Below, one piece after another: positions 12,801 through 24,240 of a stretch of DNA of 64,000 nucleotides. The position numbers were made by a program, and so were the translations under genes. Every line of letters starts with the position of its first letter. Within the stretch, counting starts at the first letter, position 1. Origin of the DNA: Octopus sinensis (lineage: Eukaryota); the NCBI RefSeq assembly GCF_006345805.1, contig NC_043019.1, forward strand, positions 14,445,360-14,509,359, in the 5' to 3' direction. The notes under the pieces were generated by a model, which had not been told where the DNA came from, did not search any database, and saw only the letters and a list, made by a program, of their open reading frames with translations.

Positions 12801-12829
12801 AAGAATGATGGAACGAGACGGTAATATTT

Positions 12830-13290
12830 AATAATGAACCATGTAATTCACAATCTGGAAATTTGTTTCCCTAAAACGTTGGGAGTGGGTAAAATTTCCG
12901 AGGCTTCCACCTCACCCCACCCCATTATTCAGATACCAAAAAGGGTTTTGTAACATATTAGGAGGTCAAAGGTATTCATTCAACGAAAAAAACAAATATT
13001 CCAAATGATTCCGGGAATGGGGAAGGGGGTTCCCCTCCCTTGCCCTGCCCCCCTTTTTTCCGAACCAAAATACGAGATTTGCCGCATATTGGGTGAGGGA
13101 ACATGATTCCACTCAAAAAAATCCAAGTTTTTCTTTTTCTTAGTGAAAATCATGCAAGTGTTAATCTAAAAATTTACCCAACGTTTTCTTTTGCGCCATT
13201 GCTAGACGGGAGACTTATCTCATGTTAGCAAACTTACGGATTTCACCGACGTGGAAATTGGTAAAAGTTATGGTCGAAAATCAGTCATAT
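12830..13290. repeat. Non-autonomous DNA-element-like repeat (mirrored at 40750-41200; related segment at ~6130-6230)
   Basis: Shared catgttagcaaac..cggatttcac..acgtg..aattggtaaaagttatgg motif, and no coding capacity. Confidence 0.45.
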
Positions 13291-13899
13291 GGATTTGGGT
13301 TCAATCCCAGTGAATGGTACCTTGAGCAGTTATTTTCCACTGAATCCCTGGGGCAATCAATACCTTGTGATGAAGGTGAGCAAGACAAACATTTGAAATC
13401 ATTTAAGAATTTTAATTACACAACCCAGCAGGTATTTTATTGTCAGGAGATTTTTACTTGGTTTGAAGGCTTTTGAAATGTTGAATTATCATGCCTAGAT
13501 TTCAAGATACCAAAACGCCACAAATTTTGCAATTTTCCTCAATTTTCAGAAAAATGCATCGTCTGTGGAAATTGTGTCAGAAATTTAGAGCCAAGGAAAA
13601 ACATTGGATAATCAAACAATGACCAGAGCAAACGTTAGTTCCAGGGTCTTTTAATGTGGCTGAAGAGACGGTAGTGGTTATATATAGACAGTACCAGGTG
13701 GTGACGTGGTTGCGTGTACATTATTAGAAATAGAAATAAAATATAAATTCAAGTTCTATAAAATTACTGCATAAAAATATTTTTATTACATAACCAAAAT
13801 TGTAGAATCTAGTTGAATGAAGTAATCTATGCAAGAAAATTCAGAGATAGAAAATACAGAAATAACAGCTAAGTGGTGGCTTTCGGTCATGTGGCGTAG

Positions 13900-14800
13900 A
13901 GAAATAGACGGGCATAGGAATGACGTGAATGGCTCTAAGTCTAATCAACTAAGAAGCAAAGAGCAGGGTTAGCAAGCTGTTTTTATTAATGGAACGCTAA
14001 ACATTCTAGAAACTTCCAAGAGAAATGCTAAGCTTCTTGAATAATTAAGAATCGTGTCTCCTGACACAAATGCTTGGAGAAACTTAGAGAGGGGAGGTTA
14101 CTCTGCAAACTTTCTTGCAAGACAGATCCACTACAAACCGTTAATTCAAGGCATTTATTTAAAAAATAAATATCTTCCTCCAGTCCATATCAAACTTGGT
14201 ATTATGAAGCAGATTGTTGAAGTTCTGGATAAAGACAAACCATTTTTTCACCATATTTGCAGCATGTTTCCCAGTCTGAGCAGCAAAAAGATAAATGCTG
14301 GAGTATTTGACGAGCCTCAAATCAGAAAATCTATGAAAGATGAGAACATGAAACATGAAACTTATTTGTAATAGTTGTAAATAACTTTCTGGGAAAGAAG
14401 AAAGCAACCAGTTATGCTGAAATAGTTGACAACATGGCTGGAGAACTTTCAAAACTTGACAGCAAATATAAGCATAAAGCTGCACAATGCCCACAGCCAC
14501 CATGATGAATTCCCTAAAGATTCTGGTGACACAAGTGACTAGCATGGAGAACATTTCCATCAGGACATAAAATCAATGGAATAAAGGTATCAAGGCAAAT
14601 GAGTCTTGTATACGATGGTGGACCCATACTAGAACTTGGTTCGTCATCTTCCTGAGGTTCATCATTCAGGAAAAGTATCCAAACAGATATTCATGGGAAA
14701 TTAGGCATAAAACAATGATATAAGTTGCCTATAGAAATTTGAAGATTTTTAATAGTTCTTCAGTAGAATTTCAAGAAAACATTCTGGTTTTGAAGGAAAA
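13900..14800 (+). mobile_element. Decayed DDE transposase, Chapaev3/CMC-like (copies at 39230-40130 and 62790-63410, minus strand)
   Basis: YLPPVHIKLGIMKQIVEVLDKDK...KINAGVFDEPQIRKSMKDEN resembles the LPPLHIKLGLMK...GIF.GPQIR.LM.D family. The superfamily assignment is from memory. Confidence 0.6.
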
Positions 14801-14849
14801 TCCATTGCTATGTATGTTTGTATGTTATACCTTATTCCTCATAAGCTGT

Positions 14850-14855
14850 TTTATT
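14850..14855 (-). promoter_or_regulatory. Poly(A) signal AATAAA for c1 (equivalents at 39172-39177 for c2 and 62744-62749 for c3)
   Basis: AATAAA occurs ~85-100 nt after each stop codon in the same context, ctttcAATAAAacag. Confidence 0.6.
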
Positions 14856-14957
14856 GAAAGACCAATGAAATTCTATGCATCCAGTATCTTAAGATCTTGA
14901 CATGATGATGATACATGGATGTCACTTTCAGATTCTGTGTGCCAAAAAAATCTTATT

Positions 14958-16127
14958 TCACAACCATTTTTTTTGCCAGATGGCAGAAAATTTTTCTTTG
15001 TTGATTTGTTTTATTTTTGTATATCTAAAATAAAACACTTTGTTGTCTTTTTGGCTCATCATCATAGCATTTTCACCAAAACCACTTCGGCTTATTATCA
15101 ACGTATCACATTCACTCAGAATATATTGGTCCAAAAACGCCTTCCTTACACCATCACACTTGTTTTTCATCTCCTTACGTGGCCGATCCATATGCATTAT
15201 TCCCCCTGATGTGTACACAATTTGAGGAGAAAATTTTTTAAAAGCTATCGCCTGTACCTCTTCTGAGTCTGTTGTCACAAATATTTTGTACTTGCTTGTG
15301 TTGTACTTATTTAACAAGTTCCAGATAATCTGAATACTTGACATTGAATTCCTTGGGGGATCTCCTGGAACACTAGGGTTCTGTCCCATTCGAATCTGAG
15401 CACACACCAGATGTATATCTGGCCTGGGGATATTGACTTCAAAGAATTTGTCAAATTTTTCCTGTAAATGATCGCTGAAGCGAAACAATAAATTCATCAT
15501 TTTAGCAAATAAATTTCCATATGACATTTTTGATGCCCAATGCAGTTGTTCTTTGTAGCGAGGATTCCGTTTCAAGGCATGAAAATAGATTCGATTTGTT
15601 GTCAGATAGAGGACATCTTCAGGGTAAAGCATTTCTAAGTCTGCTGATTGTAAAGAGGAAATGTACGTATTGTTGTCAACCAAATGAAGGCGACGACTTC
15701 TTAGGCCATGCAACTCTTTTGGGTCAATTGTCCAGTTAATTTTGTTTGGTTGAAGATAATTAGTAAAATTACAAAGTCTTGAAATAATGATGCCAAAACG
15801 ACGACCCATGGCCTGTGCCATTAAATATATAGAAATTATTCCATGCTGTCTATCTCCCCAACCTCCACAACCTCTATGATCAACACAGTAAAAAATAATA
15901 TATTTAGTTTTGTTGTTTAACTGAACCAATTCCTGTTTCTTTTTGCTTACAGTTTTCTTATTTATATGATGCACTTGATTATTTGGAAATTCCTTAGAAT
16001 TATTTATAAACTTTTGGTTGTGTTTGTTTAATGTTGTCCCTGTATATTCTTTATTCACAGAATATTGCTTCCAGGCAAACAGTAGAAAGAAGCTGCTGAC
16101 CACAGCAATGAATCCAAGAACTCGAAT
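14958..16127 (-). CDS. Fucosyltransferase-fold glycosyltransferase (FUT8/NodZ/GT23-like), type II membrane protein, copy c1; large terminal coding exon, start exon not found
   Basis: Open for 389 codons. It has a hydrophobic anchor IRVLGFIAVVSSFFLLFAW, a K/N-rich stem and motifs CGGWGDRQHG, CAQIRMG, KIFVTTDSEEV and DQYILSECDTLIISRSGFG. It begins at a polypyrimidine-TAG acceptor in phase 0. Confidence 0.85.
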   Translation of the reverse strand: MRVLGFIAVVSSFFLLFAWKQYSVNKEYTGTTLNKHNQKFINNSKEFPNNQVHHINKKTVSKKKQELVQLNNKTKYIIFYCVDHRGCGGWGDRQHGIISIYLMAQAMGRRFGIIISRLCNFTNYLQPNKINWTIDPKELHGLRSRRLHLVDNNTYISSLQSADLEMLYPEDVLYLTTNRIYFHALKRNPRYKEQLHWASKMSYGNLFAKMMNLLFRFSDHLQEKFDKFFEVNIPRPDIHLVCAQIRMGQNPSVPGDPPRNSMSSIQIIWNLLNKYNTSKYKIFVTTDSEEVQAIAFKKFSPQIVYTSGGIMHMDRPRKEMKNKCDGVRKAFLDQYILSECDTLIISRSGFGENAMMMSQKDNKVFYFRYTKIKQINKEKFSAIWQKKWL

Positions 16128-16160
16128 CTAGAAATGATAAAAAGAAATAAGTGAAAATAT
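16128..16160 (-). promoter_or_regulatory. 3' splice acceptor of c1 (equivalents end at 37917 and 61474)
   Basis: ttttcacttatttctttttatcatttcTAG|ATT CGA GTT. The TAG is in frame, so the ORF cannot extend upstream unspliced. Confidence 0.7.
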
Positions 16161-16499
16161 GACAACTTTGTAATAAAATACCAGAAACAAATAGAAAAAA
16201 AGTCTTCTACTGCAATTTTTAGTTTTTCAGTTTTTACTAGCTTATAGGTACAGGCATGGCTGTATGGCTAAGGAGTTTGCCTCTCAACCACAAAGTTTCA
16301 GGTTCAGTCCCACTGCATGGCACCTAGGGCAAGGCTCTTCAACTACAGCTTACTTGTCTTCTATTCTATTAATACTATGCATGAGTGTGGGTGTGTGCAT
16401 GTTTATGTCTCCTTATCTTGACAGTGTATGATTATTGTAAATGAATATCCTTCTTCGTTTCCAGTGTTGTGTGAAAATCTGTCTGACCATGGGAAGATG

Positions 16500-16660
16500 C
16501 TGAGCTGGCAGAACTGTTAGCATGCCAGACAAAATGCTTAGCGGTATTTTGTCCGTCTTTACACTCTGAGCTCAAATTCTGCCGACGTTCACTTTAACCT
16601 TCATCCTTTCCGAGTCAATAAAATAAGTACCAGTCATGTACTGAGGTTGATGCATCCAAG
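16500..16660 (+). mobile_element. tRNA-derived SINE, second family (also 23075-23255, 37400-37550, 60840-60990, minus strand)
   Basis: gagctggcagaa..gttagc...aaatgcttagcggtattt...ctgagttcaaatt..gccga.gt...cttt.cctttcatcctttc. Confidence 0.8.
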
Positions 16661-17364
16661 TTCCCCCTCCCCTCAGAAAGGCCTGCCCATTACCATAATT
16701 TAAAGCCAATATGTCTGAATATGGAGAAATACTAAACTGAAACAGATAAGGGTTGGTGACAGGATGGGCACCCAGTCGTAGAAAATCTGCCATGGTAAAT
16801 TTGCTCACCCCATGCAAACATGGAAAAATGATTGTTAAAATTAGACTACCGTCAGACAAAGAATACTTACGACCCATTAATGCCAGCATTTTAATTCAAA
16901 TCATTCTTGTATGCTAGCTAATTCCCTACTTTGGTTAACCATAATTTGGTCTTACCTTAGTAATAGACAATGTATTAGACCATATCCAGACATTCTACTA
17001 CCTAGATCAATTGCAGTTGGATAATTCCCTACATTGTTAACCATAATTTGTTTTCACCTTAGTGATAGATAATCAACAAGACCCTAGTCAAACATTTTGA
17101 CATTTGTGAAAATACATATATGCTGTAGGGAATACGACCATACGTATGGAGCTGGTGACAAATGTCTCCTTTAAAATGCAGCACGGTCGCCCCTAACAAA
17201 ATATGAAAGCCAAATACAGACCCAAAGGAATAAATGAAGGACGACAACCGTTCTACTGTTTGAGAGAGAAAAAGACTTTATTTACAATGTGTACAAAGAG
17301 AGTGTGTGTGTGAGTGCTAGCAAGGTGTAGTGTCTGAATGCATGCGCATAGTATTTGTGACTGA

Positions 17365-17585
17365 GTGTTCGTATCATCATCATCGTTTAACGTCTGCTTT
17401 CCATGCTAGCATGGGTTGGACGATTTTGATTGAGGGCTGGCGAACCAGATGGCTGCTCCAGGCTCCCATCTTGATCTGGCAGAGTTTCTACAGCTGGATG
17501 CCCTTCCTATTGCCAACCGCTCCGAGAGTGTAGTGGGTGCTTTTTACATGCCACCGGCACAGTGGCCAGTCAGGCGGTACTGGCA
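17365..17585 (-). mobile_element. RTE 3'-tail fragment (another at 28172-28600)
   Basis: catcatcatcgtttaacgtc..ttttccatgctagcatgggttg, matching the 3' end of RTE copy A. Confidence 0.8.
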
Positions 17586-17589
17586 ACGA

Positions 17590-18400
17590 CCTCTGAAGCC
17601 CAGGCTATTGCAGTATCTTGTCCTACATCTTGGTGGCAAATTTGGGGTCGTTGGCACTATGCAGTGATGCCCAGTTCTAGTATTTGTGTAACTCTTGATG
17701 CCAAAGTTTGGGACAAGTCCTTCCAGGATCTTCCAGATATATTTATGGCATATCTTTCTCACCTATGCTCTAAGGAATAGAGTCTTAATCTATTGAGTCC
17801 TTCCCAATAGCTTATATGCTGCATAGAGTCGATCTTCTTCGTGTAGCTTCATTGGATTGCCTCAAGTTCTGAGATTAATTTGACCATGGCTGGTGACCAT
17901 ACCTGCGAGCAATAGTCAAAGTGGCTTAGGACAAGTGTCCTCCAGAGGACCATCATGGTTTCCTAATCTCTTGTTCTAAAAGTTTTAAGAATCCATCCGG
18001 TCAGCCGCCTACATTTCATTGCCAATTTAGCAACATGCACATGAAAGGATGCATCATTACTCATGTAAATGTCCGGGTCTTGCACTGACTGTGCCTCAGG
18101 GATTGCAATCCCTCCAGGTCCATGATCGACTTCATCAAAGGCCTTTGCAACGTCGAGATATATCACTTCCACATTTGAGTGGTTGAGCAGTCGTTTCAGC
18201 ACCCAGTCATAGTGTTGTAAAAACTGAGTCAGACAGCTTCTTCCTGGTCAGAAACCATGCTGGGTGTCAGGCAGCAAGTCATTATGCATGTATATATATA
18301 TCTGGAAGATCCTGGAAGGACTTGTCCCAAACTTTGGCATCAAGAGTTACACAAATACTAGAACTGGGCATCACTGCATAGTGCCAACGACCCCAAATGC
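17590..18400 (-). mobile_element. CR1-type LINE RT remnant with a short inverted piece at 18297-18400
   Basis: Peptides IYLDVAKAFDEVDHG, GWILKTFRTRD and IWKILEGLVPNFG. Confidence 0.8.
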
Positions 18401-18659
18401 CTGTACATATTACATGTACATCTATATATATACATCTACACATAAAATACAAAATACAAAGTTATATCTTGATATCGCTAGTGATAACAATACTCAAAAT
18501 ATATAACAGACTGGAATTGTAGGCCCGCCTCTTGCAACTTCGATCAAGTGGATCTTGTCCTCCCTCTTGTATAGAAGTGTACAGCTGCAGCGAAATTCAT
18601 TTTTGGACTTTCTTCTATTGAAGGCATTTTAACAAAAATGCTTCCGTAAAGACGGTGAA

Positions 18660-19360
18660 AATATTGTCAATTTCCCCAAACAGGGACACAATTCAATTTT
18701 TAAACAATAACCAAAGCCCCTTCTCCGAAAGGGGGAGGGTTACGGTTTACAATTATTTAACAAATGCAACATAACAACGTTTCCCTGACGAGGAACCAAC
18801 GAACGTGATTACAATAGTCAAACAATAATAATAATAACAAAAAACCTTTTTAATTTATCCCCATTTATGTGAAACCACTTATTCAAGTTCAAGTCATTGA
18901 TGCAATTTTATACGAATTGCTAATACACACACACACATAATGAGGGTGAAAAATTGAATATTAATTTGATTAATATGAATTGAAAACCATTGGTGTAGCA
19001 TATAAGACCATAGCGGATCTTCTTCTAGCAAAATGGATGTCCACTATTAATGGTTCATCCCTGTTATATAATACTTTCACTTGAATAGTTTCAGTATTAA
19101 AGTGAATGTCTGCATTACAATAGAGAGATGTTTTTGTTTCACTTTTAACACGTAATACCGAAATAGTGGAGAAGATATGATATTGTTGTGGGGTGACCCT
19201 AGAGAAAAAGTTAAAATATCTTTTGGCGATGACATTCCCCGGACCTTAAGTAAGGCATGTGTAAAATTTGAATGAAATTGGTTTTGTAGTTCTCAAGTTT
19301 TAGGGAAACACATAGACAGACAGACAGACACACACACATTCTCAGTTTTATATATAATAT
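18660..19360 (+). mobile_element. Helitron/DINE-1-like non-autonomous repeat
   Basis: The 3' part reads aaatttgaatgaaattggttttgtagttctc...acagacagacagacacacacattctc...tatata, typical of such elements. No ORF. Confidence 0.45.
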
Positions 19361-19839
19361 ATAATGTATATATATGTTTGTGTGTGTTTGTCCCCCCACC
19401 ATTGCTTGACAACTGATGTCGGTTTGTTTACATCCCCATAACGTAGCAGTTCAGCAAACAGAAACTGATAAATAAGTACTAAGTTTTAAAAAAATATATC
19501 CTGGGGTCGATTTGTTTGACTAAAGGCAGTGCTCCAGCATGGCCGCAGTCAAATGACTGAAACAAATAAAAGAATGTGTGTGTGTGTCTTGCATGTGGAA
19601 AAATCAACAATATATTTACTTACTGAGTAAAAACTATTTCCTTGGCAATTCTTCATTATGAAAGTTTCTTACTTAATAACTCGCTGTATTGCGTCTCTTT
19701 CCTTCCAAACTACAGTGAAATGGGTTAACAGACAGCTTCTTTTGTTATCTTAAATGTATAGTTGACTGGTAACTTTTAATCTGAAACACTTGGGCGGATT
19801 TGCTTTTAACTGTTTGCTTTCTTTTGCTTTAGTATGTAT

Positions 19840-20730
19840 GGGCTTTTTGTGTGTTTGTGTGTTGCCACTGTATAATAGAAAAGGCGGTACATGGAGGTGT
19901 CACACCCAGTGACTGGTGTAATGTCATCATAGTCAACTGCTACAAAAGTACAGGCGACACCTTAAATAGAAAAAATATGGAAGTATCAAATTGTTGGATC
20001 AGGTGATGAAAGTCACAGAGAGGGTCAAAGCCCAACTTATCAGGGAGAGAGTTATTCTAGATGAGATGCAGTTTGGTTTTGTGCCAGGGAGAAGCACCAA
20101 CGATGCTATATTCCTGGTAAAGCAACTGCAGGAGAAATACATAGCCAAAGATAAACCTCTGTACTTGGCTTTTGTTGCCTTGGGGAAGACTTTTGACAGG
20201 ATCCCCCGATCCCTTATCTGGTGGTCAATGTGTAAACTAGGAATAGACGAGTGTTTGGTGAGAGCTGTATGATCCATGTACAGGGATACTGTCAATAAGG
20301 TGAGGGTTGGCAATGAGTACTGTGAAGAATTCAGGGTACATGTAGGTGTTCACCAAGGATCAGTCCTCAAATCTCTCTTGTTCATCATAGTCCTCCAGAC
20401 AATAACAGAGGAATTCAAGACAGCCTACCTCTGGGAGCTCCTCTATGTTGATTACTTTGTTCTTATAGTTGAATCACTACCAGAACTAGAGAAGTTTCAG
20501 GTGTGGAAGTAAAGTTTAGAACTGAAGGGCTTTAGAGTTAACCTAGCAAAAACCAAAGTTTTACTATGTAGGAAGGCAGATAAATTACAAATCCCTTCAG
20601 GTAGAAGGCCCAACTCGGTTTTTAGATAAAGCATAGACAGAAACTCTGTAAGATATACCAAGTATAAGCTTTGGACGCATAAGAGGTGCAGCAATATCAG
20701 AGGAAGGTTAACAGGGAAAATAGCTTTCAT
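19840..20730 (+). mobile_element. Degraded RTE RT fragment (copy D; its 5' part is mirrored at 31775-32110)
   Basis: Peptides LLDQVMKVTERV...[10 protein letters not shown] and GVHQGSVL, with many stops. Confidence 0.85.
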
Positions 20731-21200
20731 GGCAGCTATTTTCAGCTTTGTCCGCCCATGCTCTTTCCAAAACTTGCACCATAACACCTTCAAGAGTTTC
20801 AGACCCCACTTCTCTGATTTCTCTATTGATGTTCTCCTTCAGTTGCACCAGAGTCTCTGGTTTGTTGACATAAACCCTCTCTTTCAGATATCCCCACAAG
20901 AAAAAATCCAGGCTAGTCAATTCTGGAGCATGTGAATGCCAATTGTTATTGATGTTGTGTAAAATTATTCTCTCTCCAATCACTGCCATAGCAACAGCAT
21001 TGTTTCTCTTGTGGCATGAGCAGTTGCCGCATCTTGCTGGAACCATATGTGAGGTCTACTTTGAATAGTCAGGCGCAAAAGGTCTCAACCATAGATACCT
21101 GAAAGAGAGGTTTTATGTCAACAAACAGGAGACCCTGGTGCAACTGAAGAAGAACATCAATAGAGAAATCAGAAAAGTGGTGTCTGAAATTCTTGAGAGT
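20730..21200 (-). mobile_element. Tc1/mariner-type transposase C-terminal remnant with a local inverted piece
   Basis: NWHSHAPELTSLDFFLWGYLKERVYVNKPETLVQLKENI matches the WP..SPDL.P.DFFLWGYLK motif. Confidence 0.85.
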
Positions 21201-21321
21201 GTTACGGTGCATCTTTTACCGTTTATTCCTTTGGAATAAAACCATGTTGTCTTCGAAACATATGTCGAATGTAAAGGAATTTTATTAACATCTTCGTTCA
21301 AGTCCATTTATTTATTTATTC

Positions 21322-21364
<43 letters not shown>

Positions 21365-21392
21365 CATGTATATATATACATGTGTATATATA

Positions 21393-21447
<55 letters not shown>

Positions 21448-21509
21448 ATGTGTGTGTGTGTATCCATCTATCTATCTATCTATCTTGTCAGGTCGGAAGA
21501 GATCAGATG

Positions 21510-22180
21510 AAAAATGCCTAAAAGGCGATCACCACAACAACCCTCTTCTTTTCAGGCACTGAATTACATCCCTCCTCCCCAAACCTCACCCCACATTACC
21601 TTCCTAGTTTTCAGATTTGGCATTGTCAATGTTGGTCCACTGAAAGGTAGGTCTAGTGAGATTGTAGAGAAGCTTGAAAGAAGACAGGTTGATGTATGCT
21701 GCATACAAGATCGAGAGGTGCTTCAGTTAGGGTCCTCACAGGCAAGGCACCTAGATATAAAGTCTTCTGGCTAGGTAACATGGATGGTGTAGGGGGTGTA
21801 GACATTCTCCTAGTGGAAAAATGGGTGGATAAGGTCATAAAGGTTTTCAAGGTATGCGATAGAGTACTCAAGCTCAGGTTAGTCCTACAGAACGGCACAG
21901 CTACGATTATCTCCGCCTATGCCCCACATGTGGGGTTACCAAATGATCAGAAGGACCCCTTTTATGATACCTTCAACAGGCTACCTCAAAGACGAGTGGC
22001 AAGGACCTCATATTTGTGGGTGGAGACTTTAATGGGCATGTTGGGCAGGAATCGGGTATCTTCACTGGGGTACACTGTGGCAATGGTATTGGTACCCGAA
22101 ATGATGAGGGAACCTGACTACTGGAATTCTGTGATGCATGTAACCTTTTAATCTGCAACACTAACTTCAGGAAGCCAGAC
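21510..22180 (+). mobile_element. RTE endonuclease fragment
   Basis: NVGPLKGRSSEIVE and GVGGVDILLVEKWVDKV...IISAYAPHVG, frameshifted. Confidence 0.85.
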
Positions 22181-22389
22181 TTTTCTGAATTCTTCCATAT
22201 TCTCTTCTCTAAGAATCCCCTTGTAAACACACTTATAGAGAGATCGTACAAATGTAAACTCTGGCAGAAACATACATTTTGCTCATATAAGGTATTTCGC
22301 CAGTCATTATAGTTTGAACAATTAGTTTACCTTGCACTTCACTTCAATAGAGGAATCTTTTCCTAAGCCTTTGAACATTCTTTTAATCA

Positions 22390-22870
22390 AGGTATCCCTC
22401 CCTCTCTATTTGTTCTCTTATTATTATTCCTTTAACCCTTCTCTTCCTACTATCTGCCTTTGACGTCAAATCTACTAACGATTTTTTTAAATACTTAACA
22501 ACGTTCTGTTTATCATGTAGGCAGCCATCATAATTGTTATAATGTCTTGTTGTTGAGAGAGGATCTCTTTCTTTCCTGATGAGAAGATATCATCTTACAC
22601 CGTTTATTCCTTTGGAATAAAACCATGTTGTCTTCGAAACATATGTCGAAAGTAAAGGAATTTTATTAACATCTTCGTTCAACTCCATTTATTTATTTAT
22701 TTATTTATTTATTCATCTATAACACACAAATTACTGCACATTAACTCGGAGTTTCTACCTTTGGAGAGGTCACTTCAACCGGGTTTTTGACGTGAATTTG
22801 CTACCCTGGTAACGGTCAATTGAATTTTCCATGTTAACAGTAAACATAGGATAATTCATTCACCCATCGA
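22390..22870. repeat. Unclassified ~480-bp dispersed repeat (second copy 33895-34350, partial copy 21205-21310)
   Basis: Direct homology, e.g. gtctgcctttgacgtc.aatctactaacgattttttt and accgttta..cctttggaataaaacca.tgttgtcttcgaaacatatgtcgaa. Confidence 0.75.
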
Positions 22871-22932
22871 AATATATATATATATAGATCGTACCAATTT
22901 ACTGGAGTCATTTTTGTTGCTTATTTTCAGTA

Positions 22933-23025
<93 letters not shown>

Positions 23026-23730
23026 ATATATATATGTGTGTGTGTGTATATATCTAAACAGAGAGGGAACAAACAAGGACAGACAAAGGGATTAAGTCAA
23101 TTATATCGACCCCAGTGTGTAACTGGTACTTAATTATCGACCCCGAACGGATAAAAGGCAAAGTCGACCTCGGCGGAATTTGAACTCAGAACGTAACGGC
23201 AGACGAAATACCGATAAGCATTTCGCCCGGCGGGCTAACGTCTCTGCCAGCTCCTTGCTGGCATGCTATATATGAATTACCCATGAAATAAGTATCTGAC
23301 TTAGTAACATACTGATATTAAAAAATATATTTATATCTAAATTAAATATTCTATGGAATGCATGGATGGTTCTTCTTTTATTATTGAGGCATATTATAAT
23401 TTTGAAGGACTAAATTGTAGCATAGTTGCTTCCCTTCTTGTTTATCTATGTGCTAGTTGTTGCTTGGAATTATGTATGTGTATAAGTGTATGCATATACA
23501 TATTACTATGTGTGTATGTGCGATTGATCTGTAGATGCGTGTGTGAATATTGGCGTTCCCTGACTAACCAACCGTATAATTTTCTTTTGTGATTTAAATT
23601 TCAAACCTATAGCCAATAGAATTAATCTATTTTTTCTTTACCTAGTGGTCAGCATTTCTTAACTCATAGTTATTTCGATCTTGTAAGGATGGACTTGGTG
23701 CTAACTTAACTGTATCTATTTTTTATTATA

Positions 23731-23769
<39 letters not shown>

Positions 23770-24120
23770 TATTATTATTATTAATAGTAATTTTTATTAA
23801 CTTTTATAGCTTTAGTATCTTATGAACTATACCACGGATTTATTTATTATTTTCCATCTCCATATATGTTAGCCTTTTTTTTATATATAAAAAACTACTA
23901 GCCAAATATGTATAATATCGGTACTTATTGATATTAATATATACACTATTATATATTTTGTTTTATTTTGTTCTGTTTGCTTCCTTTTTTGTACAAATGT
24001 GTAGTATATTATATAAGTGTAGCTTATGATGTATAAGTTTTTATATTTTATTTTTTTATATTTTTATATTTATATGTATATGATTGTATAATATTTTTCA
24101 CTATTATAACAAATTTAATT

Positions 24121-24240
24121 TAATTCTCTGAAGAGGCCGTGGGGCATCCTTGTTAATGCCTCATTTATACCTGCCTTTATGGCTTATAGGTTAAATGAGG
24201 TATGACTGTCCTCACTGCCGAAACAGCTGTCAGTTTTGAT
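24121..24240 (+). ncRNA. Type I hammerhead-ribozyme-like motif (Penelope-type), intact core
   Basis: CUGAAGA at 24128-24134, then a long stem II (GGC...GCC with inner AUGCCUCAUUUA/UAAAUGAGGUAU), then GAAA at 24220-24223, then C-AGCU-G-U-C. Predicted cleavage is after 24231. Confidence 0.6.

Noticed and set aside
14940-15075. Diversity-generating-retroelement-like mechanism for the variable C-terminus (RT genes nearby)
   Set aside because: There is no invariant template repeat in the window. Many differences do not involve adenine (G/C, T/G, C/G, C/T), and the nearby RTs are ordinary LINE/Gypsy types.
14958-16127. Bacterial contaminant or recent horizontal transfer of a NodZ-like gene
   Set aside because: The exon has a splice acceptor, a poly(A) signal and a type II anchor plus stem, and it is embedded in host SINEs within segmental duplications.
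18781-18815. Additional hammerhead (ctgacgagg...)
   Set aside because: No GAAA follows a proper stem II.
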